From: an uncultured virus (IMG/VR IMGVR_UViG_3300028372_000001)
Lineage: Duplodnaviria; Heunggongvirae; Uroviricota; Caudoviricetes
DNA length: 64,000 nucleotides
IMG/VR virus record: IMGVR_UViG_3300028372_000001
Direction: 5' to 3' (one strand)
The notes under the pieces are model-generated. The model was given only the letters and a program-made list of their open reading frames with translations. It was not told the DNA's origin and searched no databases. Below are positions 57,037 to 64,000 of this stretch, in pieces (positions within the stretch are counted from its first letter, which is position 1; each line of letters starts with the position of its first letter). The translations under genes and the position numbers were made by a program.

Positions 57037-57381
57037 AGGATGAGCTTCATTATTTGTCAAGGAGAATACAATGTTCGTGTTAGGCACTCCAGTTGCTACA
57101 ATAACGTCAACTTCTGTGTTAGTATCATCACCAAGCTTTGATGATAGATTCCAATGCACATTACCTTCGTAGTCATGTACCGTGGTGAGAACAAAATATT
57201 GTGTGCTTTGAATTAGGGAAGTTCTATCAGACACCGAAATTTGCCACCGTACAAAAGGGCACCCTGAACCGTCAAATGTTTCGACTATTTCAGTATCGCC
57301 CGGTGAAACGGTTAGCTCGATTGGTAAAGTATTGCCGCCTGTCCCACCAACAATTCGCCTTGTTAATATAATTCCTTCCAT
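57010..57381 (-). CDS. putative virion protein
   Basis: Beta-rich; resembles the C-terminal domain of 55635-56879; TAAATA upstream. Confidence 0.55.
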   Translation of the reverse strand: MEGIILTRRIVGGTGGNTLPIELTVSPGDTEIVETFDGSGCPFVRWQISVSDRTSLIQSTQYFVLTTVHDYEGNVHWNLSSKLGDDTNTEVDVIVATGVPNTNIVFSLTNNEAHPLDICAVKV

Positions 57382-57463
57382 TAATCACCACCAGTTAGGT
57401 ACATTATCACCCTAAAACTCTAAATATCACTATATGCTATTTATGTCTTGAGAAGGGACCGCA

Positions 57464-57997
57464 ATGAGTAAAATTATTTCTTCCTTTTTTACTAATGCTG
57501 GGAGCCCTGCCGTTGGCTTGTCTCCTACCATTAGAATTTGGGAAGTAACAACAATTGGTGATACCCTAGTCGTCAACAGTGACGCAATGACAGAAGTGGG
57601 TGATGGCTTTTACAAATACGAGTTTGTTACGTATGATCCGACAACTCAATATTTAATTCGCACCGATGGTGGTGCTACTTTGCCCACTACTGAAAGATAC
57701 CAAGAGGGAAGTAACCAAAACTCAGCGAACGAGGTCTGGAATCAACAGACCACGGACTTCAATGATCTTGGTACCTTTGGTGAACAATCTAACGATATCG
57801 ACAGCAATGCAACGGCTGCTCTTGCAGTTCTTGACGTTCTTCTCAAATACGAATCCAACAGAACTCGCGTTGACCCTATAGCAAATACCCTTACAATATT
57901 TGACGATGACGGAACAACTATCTTACAAGTCTTTGATCTTAAGGATGAGAATAGCGATCCGTCCTCTACATGTATTTACGAGAGAGACCCACAATAA
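57464..57997 (+). CDS. putative virion protein
   Basis: MTEVGDGFYKYEF, LTIFDDDGTT; TAAATA upstream. Confidence 0.6.
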   Translation: MSKIISSFFTNAGSPAVGLSPTIRIWEVTTIGDTLVVNSDAMTEVGDGFYKYEFVTYDPTTQYLIRTDGGATLPTTERYQEGSNQNSANEVWNQQTTDFNDLGTFGEQSNDIDSNATAALAVLDVLLKYESNRTRVDPIANTLTIFDDDGTTILQVFDLKDENSDPSSTCIYERDPQ

Positions 57998-58443
57998 TGC
58001 CTACAACAGGAAATTGCAGTGGTCCGTGCTTTGGGTGTGCTGGGAACGTCATACTCAAAGGTATGGCGGGAGACGGCAAGCGACTAGTTGTTGGATTCTT
58101 TTATCACCAGATCAGAGTAGAGGTTGATGATGTAAGACCGGGTGGTGCTGGTGGGCCTATACCGCCGCCGCCTGATCCCGGTATGCAGTATCATCCAGAG
58201 AGGGATACCACAGACCATAATAAGGTCGAAGTTACTGTTACAGTCAAGTGGCCATTCATGAATGAACCTAAGAGAATGCTCTTCATAATGGAGCGTCGGT
58301 GGGCAAACGTTGTAGTGAACCGAATCAATCAAATAAATACCTTTAACGAGAAGTTTAATGTGCGAATCGGTGAGCTAAAAGACGACTTTAAAGTCAAGTA
58401 CACCGATTTCAAAGATAAATTTGGTGTCAAATGGAAGAAATGA
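57997..58443 (+). CDS. hypothetical protein
   Basis: TAATG coupling. Confidence 0.6.
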   Translation: MPTTGNCSGPCFGCAGNVILKGMAGDGKRLVVGFFYHQIRVEVDDVRPGGAGGPIPPPPDPGMQYHPERDTTDHNKVEVTVTVKWPFMNEPKRMLFIMERRWANVVVNRINQINTFNEKFNVRIGELKDDFKVKYTDFKDKFGVKWKK

Positions 58444-59225
58444 ATCTAGTCATAGCCGTGAACGTCCCTTATGAAGTGGAGATAACAGCCACCGGTATAC
58501 CCTTGCATGAAGCAAAGGTAGAATTTTGTGTACATAAAAATGACGTAAGCTACAACTTTCCAGCAAAGATGGTTGATGACAAGAAATTCATTTTTACTAT
58601 TACCGAAGCATTAACTGGTATGTCAAATAAAACACACGAGTACCGACTATACGTATATTACGGTAACGCTCGGTTTGAAGCAGATACTGGTTCCTTCAAC
58701 TTAGTTGACAAGAAAGCTTTTGATGTTAAGATGACTGGGGCGAAAGAAGAAAAGAAAGAGTCGTTACGTGATAGGCTTCTAGATAAAACAACCAAAAAGC
58801 CTGCCAAGAAAGTTGAAGTCACGCCCACACCAGAGCCTGCCGAAGAAGAAAAGGTTAAGGTAGAAAAGAAAGTTACAGCTACTAAACCTACTCCAACACC
58901 AACAATAGAACCTACGACTACACTTGATCAAGCTAAAGATGCGCTCAAGAAGTCGAAGAAGATTACTGTTGAAGCTGTGAATGAAGATGATTCAGCAGAA
59001 GATGCTAATGCGAAGGTCCGTAAAATTCTATCGTCTATTGATAAGAGAGCAGTGCCAACAGAATCAATGTCACCTACGCCAACCGTCGCACTTGAGCCAA
59101 CAGAAACGCAGCAGCCGGGTCAGTTCTTTGCTGAAATTGAGCGTATGCGTGAAATTAACGAGAGTCGTCGCAGAAATAAAGTAGTCAAGGACGCTATTCG
59201 TAAGACTACGAAGAAAAACGATTAA
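58440..59225 (+). CDS. hypothetical protein with a K/E/P/T-rich tail
   Basis: ATGA coupling. Confidence 0.65.
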   Translation: MNLVIAVNVPYEVEITATGIPLHEAKVEFCVHKNDVSYNFPAKMVDDKKFIFTITEALTGMSNKTHEYRLYVYYGNARFEADTGSFNLVDKKAFDVKMTGAKEEKKESLRDRLLDKTTKKPAKKVEVTPTPEPAEEEKVKVEKKVTATKPTPTPTIEPTTTLDQAKDALKKSKKITVEAVNEDDSAEDANAKVRKILSSIDKRAVPTESMSPTPTVALEPTETQQPGQFFAEIERMREINESRRRNKVVKDAIRKTTKKND

Positions 59226-59400
59226 GCATAGCTATACGAGCTTCGCCTAATATTTCCTCTACCTTCTCCCTACAAGTCTGACAACCGGAACAGACACCTG
59301 TGGTATAAGCTAAATCTTGAACGGTGTCAATATCAGGATCATTCATGATTTCTTCCATTATTTGAGATTCTGTCATATCAGCGCATAAGCAAACGTACAT
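59206..59400 (-). CDS. BFD-like [2Fe-2S] ferredoxin
   Basis: MYVCLC....ESQI...GVCSGCQTC; GGAGG SD. Confidence 0.8.
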   Translation of the reverse strand: MYVCLCADMTESQIMEEIMNDPDIDTVQDLAYTTGVCSGCQTCREKVEEILGEARIAMLNRFSS

Positions 59401-59420
59401 ATCGTTCAAATCAACCTCCA

Positions 59421-59450
59421 GAAAAAGAAAGGGGGCCAGTTGGCCCCCTG
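59421..59450 (-). terminator. intrinsic terminator
   Basis: gggggcc-aact-ggccccc-tttctttt. Confidence 0.75.
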
Positions 59451-59475
59451 AATCTATACCTAATGAATGTATAGC

Positions 59476-61707
59476 TTACTTGGAATCGTCTCCAGTTGCA
59501 AGATAATTCACAAGCTGACCGGGGAACATGTCCCAAATCGGGCTCATAAGAGTACCAAAGAAGATTTGAGCTTCCATAAAGCCTTCGTGATCACCACGAC
59601 CCAAGTTCTTCTTGATTTGCTCTAAGCACTCAATTGCGTTGTGCTTAACGCTCTTCTCATTATACCCGTTGTTGTCGTAACGTTCAACAGATTTCTTGAG
59701 TTCAGTGATACGCTTGTCAATTGACGACATAACTTCACGAGGAACCTTAACTTTGGTGCCAACACGGTCAGCACGTCCAGTACGCTCATCTTTCTGCTGC
59801 TGATCATCTACTGCATCATATGGCTGATCACCACCGAAAACAGTTGCATCAACTGCCGCTTCACCCAAGGACCCGGATTTAACCTTACTGACTGGTACTT
59901 TGATTGATTCTTCTTCCCCTACGTCAACAACACAAAAATCACTCTCAGGTCCCGTTGTATCCGTTCGAACAACCTTACCGGAGACCATCTTACCTTTATG
60001 TGGTACTTTTACCGTGTCGCCTTTTTTATATGATTCATCAACGCGACCAGATTCACCGTCCCACTCACCGACGCCTACACGCTTACCGTCTTTTTTAACA
60101 AAAGCTTGAGCAATATCTTTATCACCTTCAAACTCTACGGCACCATGCTTCTTCTTGAGTGCAGCCTTCCAAGCAGAATATGTCTGCTGACCTTCCATGG
60201 TTGTTCCTTCATTCAGACCTTTGAGCTTATCCTTAAGAGCATCAATTTTAGCATTGATATCATCTCGGCGCTTATGACCATTAGTCTGTACACGCTTAGC
60301 AATTAGCTCATCGATTTCCTTTTCAATTTTTCTTTTATCTTCAGCTTCAGTTACACTGCCTTCATTCAGACCTTTGAGCTTATCCTTAAGAGCATCAATT
60401 TTAGCATTGATATCATCTCGGCGCTTATGACCATTAGTCTGTACACGCTTAGCAATTAGCTCAGCGATTTCCTTTTCAATTTTTCTTTTATCTTCAGCTT
60501 CAGTTACACTGCCTTCATTTTTAGGAACACAGTTAGGAACTTCTTTGCCGTTCTTCTTCTTTGTTCCAACCATTTCATGACTGTCCCAGCATGGGTCTTC
60601 ACCATCCATTTTCTTCTTAGCTTCAGTAACTTCTTTCTTATCGTTAAGAAGCTTCTTGACTGTGGATGCTTTAACCATATCGACCTTGCCATCTTTGGTT
60701 GCAGAAATACCAACCATGCTAGCTGGCCCATCAGGGACAACAACAAACATCTCCTTACCACCACAAGTTACTTTGTCACCTTTCGAGAACACTTTACTCG
60801 TATCTTTGGCTTTCATATCATCAGAATTATCAGATTCAGTCATACGGGCGTTGCCCTTGCCAAGCTTGCGGGAAGCCTTAGATGCTGCACGCTTCTGCTC
60901 TTTGGAACCCGGACGACCGTATGAGCCAGCAGCCTTTCGACCGGTAGCTTTGTCTTCCTTTCCTTCCATATCAATGGTGCCGCCACCAAGATTTACAGGC
61001 TTACTGTAAATGTCTGTGCCCATATCACTCATATCGCCCATTTCACCATCGGCGCTATCTGGGTCTTCTGGAGACTCACTGTCGAGGTAATCGGTAGCGG
61101 TGTCAAGATACTCGGCTGCAATTGTAACCTTTGATTGAACCCATGCTGGAAGCTCAGAACCATCATCGATCATAGTGCATAGACGCTCGATGTTGTCCTT
61201 CATGTTATCCATTTGACGACGAGCCATTTCACCATCTGGGTGCTCATCTCCCATATCATCCATATCATCCATATCGTCCATGTCGTCCACAGGCATACGG
61301 TCGCCGCCTTTGCTTACTTCCATATCACTATAGCCGTTATTGCGAAGGACAGAAGCCATTGGGCGCATTTCCATCATACCCTCTAAGCGTAAATCAAGCT
61401 TTTCAGCCCCACGCCGAGCATGCAATATAACGGAAGGAACATATTCCTTACTTTCCGTCATTGATCCCGCTTCTTTGTCGGATAGATACATATCAGTGCG
61501 GCGATCATAGTACTTGCCCTCTTTCTTATCGTAGTACACAACTCGGCCATTTTTCATTTTGAATGGACCCTCTAGGCCCTTTACTGGTCCCTGATGATCC
61601 AATGAATCGTCTTCCTCGATTTCATATTTTTCATAAAGACTAGTGATGAAGCCACTTTTTTCAGCGACACCAGATAGTTCTAGGAGTCTACGTAGGTCTT
61701 TGTTCAT
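59476..61707 (-). CDS. modular internal head polyprotein-like protein
   Basis: MNKDLRRLLELSG leader; many xxE/[SAG] junctions; modules PCW...VPNCVP, LPAWVQSK and KOW-like KGDxV. Confidence 0.6.
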   Translation of the reverse strand: MNKDLRRLLELSGVAEKSGFITSLYEKYEIEEDDSLDHQGPVKGLEGPFKMKNGRVVYYDKKEGKYYDRRTDMYLSDKEAGSMTESKEYVPSVILHARRGAEKLDLRLEGMMEMRPMASVLRNNGYSDMEVSKGGDRMPVDDMDDMDDMDDMGDEHPDGEMARRQMDNMKDNIERLCTMIDDGSELPAWVQSKVTIAAEYLDTATDYLDSESPEDPDSADGEMGDMSDMGTDIYSKPVNLGGGTIDMEGKEDKATGRKAAGSYGRPGSKEQKRAASKASRKLGKGNARMTESDNSDDMKAKDTSKVFSKGDKVTCGGKEMFVVVPDGPASMVGISATKDGKVDMVKASTVKKLLNDKKEVTEAKKKMDGEDPCWDSHEMVGTKKKNGKEVPNCVPKNEGSVTEAEDKRKIEKEIAELIAKRVQTNGHKRRDDINAKIDALKDKLKGLNEGSVTEAEDKRKIEKEIDELIAKRVQTNGHKRRDDINAKIDALKDKLKGLNEGTTMEGQQTYSAWKAALKKKHGAVEFEGDKDIAQAFVKKDGKRVGVGEWDGESGRVDESYKKGDTVKVPHKGKMVSGKVVRTDTTGPESDFCVVDVGEEESIKVPVSKVKSGSLGEAAVDATVFGGDQPYDAVDDQQQKDERTGRADRVGTKVKVPREVMSSIDKRITELKKSVERYDNNGYNEKSVKHNAIECLEQIKKNLGRGDHEGFMEAQIFFGTLMSPIWDMFPGQLVNYLATGDDSK
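60206..60519. repeat. 153-bp near-perfect tandem duplication (51 aa)
   Basis: NEGSVTEAEDKRKIEKEI(A/D)ELIAKR...KLKGL x2. Confidence 0.95.
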
Positions 61708-61728
61708 AGCAAAAAATTCCTCTTTATT

Positions 61729-62058
61729 CTATTTATTGGTTGTGCGCCACGGTCCCTGTAAACCGCGAGCTTCATATAGGTCTTTGACTGCCACCGCAAT
61801 CAAACCATTGTATTGTTCCCACCGTTCCTTGGTCGAAGGTACTGGCTTAGGAACATTTAATTCACGAAACGCATGATCTACAAGCTCTAGCGCGTTTTCC
61901 CATTCTGTTTCTAAATCCTTGGCACCAGTATTGATTTCACGCTTCAATGCACTCATTGTATCTTTCGGAAAAGGAGCATCAGGATCATACTCTTTAAATA
62001 CGTCCTTATGTTCATCTTCTTTTTTGTTTTCCCGAATAATATCTAGAATTTTACGCAT
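61729..62058 (-). CDS. hypothetical (putative virion) protein
   Basis: MRKILDIIRE leader; coupled. Confidence 0.55.
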   Translation of the reverse strand: MRKILDIIRENKKEDEHKDVFKEYDPDAPFPKDTMSALKREINTGAKDLETEWENALELVDHAFRELNVPKPVPSTKERWEQYNGLIAVAVKDLYEARGLQGPWRTTNK

Positions 62059-62459
62059 CAAAATGTACCCTTGCGCTTTAGCTCCCAAAGCCAACCACCC
62101 TTGACACGCTTACCGTTCTTCATGATGGTATACTTACCTGTTCTTTCAAGCTCTTTAGCCATATCGGCATACATTTTCTTTTCGAAAGTATTCTGTGCAA
62201 ATAATCGTGTAGTGGTACGCTTTGTTGATTTGTAACTGTCAAGTGCGGATAGGCCAGCTGATACCGCTATACCTGTAAAGAACGGGTTGCGCTTTAGAAA
62301 ATCTTTAAAGTGGCGAACAGGGCTATTACCTTTAGCAGCAAACGAGACAGTTTTCGTTGCTTCATCTAGCAAGAATACATACTTGTCGCCCCAATCATCT
62401 TTGATTTCTTTTAGTACCACGTATTCTTCGTCACCGTGGTATTCACTTAGAAAGTTCAT
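62058..62459 (-). CDS. hypothetical (putative virion) protein
   Basis: Coupled ORF. Confidence 0.55.
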   Translation of the reverse strand: MNFLSEYHGDEEYVVLKEIKDDWGDKYVFLLDEATKTVSFAAKGNSPVRHFKDFLKRNPFFTGIAVSAGLSALDSYKSTKRTTTRLFAQNTFEKKMYADMAKELERTGKYTIMKNGKRVKGGWLWELKRKGTF

Positions 62460-62968
62460 TCTATATCATAATCCTTTCTTTTAAGACTTTCGAATTCGGC
62501 TTCAAAATTACCAAACTCTTCTTCTCTTTTTTCTTGGAGGCGAATTTCGGCACCATCCAGTTCAACTATAGTAGGAGCATTAATCACAATCTTGTTAGCG
62601 TTGTCGGCTGTAGGCCCTGCGGAACTTGCCGGTGCAGCCATAGCTTGCCTTTCAAGATCATCGACCTTACGTCGATCTTCTGCTGCCATTTCTCTATATT
62701 TATCAATAACCATCTGTCTTAGGTCAGAACAGTCAGTTGACTGCTCAATAGCAATGCGATAAGCTTTTGCAACTTCCCCGTCACTCATGGCTGAAATATC
62801 GTCTACGGTTACAGTACGAAGCGGCGGGCAATCAGTATTTGGGGGCATTGGTACGTTAGAAACTGGTACCTTTACTTCTTGATAGAGTGTTTCAGTACGG
62901 ACTTTACCCGGCCCAAACGAACATCCAGTCACCATCAAAAACATTACCAATATAATTATACGTATCAT
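62456..62968 (-). CDS. putative o-spanin lipoprotein
   Basis: Lipobox LMVTG-C, Pro-rich segment, follows the i-spanin-like gene. Confidence 0.65.
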   Translation of the reverse strand: MIRIIILVMFLMVTGCSFGPGKVRTETLYQEVKVPVSNVPMPPNTDCPPLRTVTVDDISAMSDGEVAKAYRIAIEQSTDCSDLRQMVIDKYREMAAEDRRKVDDLERQAMAAPASSAGPTADNANKIVINAPTIVELDGAEIRLQEKREEEFGNFEAEFESLKRKDYDIE

Positions 62969-63381
62969 TTTCTTTCTCCTAAGCCATCACGGAGCAATTG
63001 CATTGCATCTTCACAATTTTTTGGAGTTGGAAGTTTGTCAAGATCAGCAATTCGTCCGCTAGTGGATTCTCGAATCAGGTCCACATTATCCTGAAGCAAA
63101 TCAAACATTCGTTCTCGATTATCACGATCTTCCCGAAGGTCTTCGATTCGCATATTGGTTTGCTCAACGGTAGCCTTGCATGCCTTGACTTCACCTTGCT
63201 CAAATGCAACATCAACCTTTAATGCGGCCTTCTCATTTTCAAGTCTAGCAACGTCATTCTCAAGCCCCCATATTTCAAACTTGAGAATGCCTATGTAACC
63301 ACCAATACCTAGTACCACTGCTAGCGCTATACCAGCAGCCATACTGCTCCCACCAAACAATTTAGCAAGAAATGCAATCAT
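62965..63381 (-). CDS. putative i-spanin
   Basis: N-terminal TM helix, long coiled coil, C-terminal Cys. Confidence 0.65.
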   Translation of the reverse strand: MIAFLAKLFGGSSMAAGIALAVVLGIGGYIGILKFEIWGLENDVARLENEKAALKVDVAFEQGEVKACKATVEQTNMRIEDLREDRDNRERMFDLLQDNVDLIRESTSGRIADLDKLPTPKNCEDAMQLLRDGLGERK

Positions 63382-63590
63382 AATCTACTACTCCTGAGCA
63401 ATGTTTTCAAACTTTCAATATTATGCTTAGCATTTGACAGCTGAGTTCGTGTGAATGACAGGCGCTTAGTAACGTGGGCTAGTTTAGTAGATATTTTATT
63501 GACAAGGGAAGTAGTAGCCTTTAGGTCTTTCCTAAGCTGCGTGACTTCTTTCTTGAGGGAATCTATTTCCCGTTTAACATCTGGTTCCAT
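63378..63590 (-). CDS. coiled-coil hypothetical protein
   Basis: ATGA coupling. Confidence 0.55.
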   Translation of the reverse strand: MEPDVKREIDSLKKEVTQLRKDLKATTSLVNKISTKLAHVTKRLSFTRTQLSNAKHNIESLKTLLRSSRL

Positions 63591-64000
63591 GCTTTGTTTA
63601 CCTTTCTATATACGCCTAATGCATATTTAGCATCATCTAGCGCGTTGTGTGCATCACGAGCCTTGTATCCTAATCGCTCAAACAAGGTATTTGAATCGTA
63701 TTCTTTAACTGTTCCCATCGAAAGGGCAAATGTATCAAAGTAACGGTGCCCAATCTTGATGTTCTTAAGTCCATACCTATGGAGCAAATCCTTAAAGAAA
63801 GGAACGTCGAACGACATGATATTATGTCCAAGGAAGTACAACGGCTTCTTAACGTCTATGTGCTTAATGATGAACTCTAGGATCAAGACAACAGCTTCTT
63901 CTTCCTCAACTCCATTTTCTTCCAAATATTCTTTGGTCAACCCATGGACAGCCTGCGCTTTTGCATCCCACTTGGAGTAACCATTCCACTTTACTTCGAT
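63563..64000 (-). CDS. DnaQ/DEDDh 3'-5' exonuclease (5' end outside the window)
   Basis: AVHGLT, LGHN..FD, FDT, HNALDDA; frame open to the window edge. Confidence 0.85.
   Translation of the reverse strand: MEVKWNGYSKWDAKAQAVHGLTKEYLEENGVEEEEAVVLILEFIIKHIDVKKPLYFLGHNIMSFDVPFFKDLLHRYGLKNIKIGHRYFDTFALSMGTVKEYDSNTLFERLGYKARDAHNALDDAKYALGVYRKVNKAWNQMLNGK

Overview
A 64-kb segment of a large, T4-superfamily-like (probably jumbo) tailed phage genome. The host is probably a Gram-negative proteobacterium, judged from the spanin pair, sigma70 promoters and an ANDN...LAA tmRNA tag. Left end: an HD (SpoT-like) hydrolase, rIIB and rIIA, then a ~1.1-kb non-coding divergent region with iteron-like repeats, a 20-bp AT palindrome and a sharp strand-skew flip (candidate origin). 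Next come a frameshifted SF2 helicase, a methyltransferase-like gene, six tandem genes built from 26 shuffled 69-bp 'HREDGPA' modules, and a long run of divergent ORFans that share motifs and are interrupted by a lysyl-tRNA synthetase. The middle holds a sulfotransferase, glutaredoxin, virion proteins, a macrodomain, a 2H phosphoesterase, and a vWA/metallopeptidase gene with two MoxR-like ATPases, one carrying an in-frame TGA. It also holds primase, ClpP, and a circularly permuted (two-piece) tmRNA with an unusually long 192-nt structured insert. The right part holds LpxH-like, Acb1-like, DHFR, PhoH, HNH and dCMP deaminase genes, a NAMPT plus NMNAT-Nudix NAD+ salvage pair, virion proteins, spanins and a partial DnaQ-like exonuclease. 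Highlights: (1) the permuted tmRNA-clpP module, whose insert is antisense to an identical 18-nt leader on both NAD genes; (2) the combinatorial repeat-cassette array; (3) the hidden paralog family; (4) putative capsid-targeting leaders, including one on the Acb1-like nuclease. All calls come from motif recognition by eye; no database searches were run.
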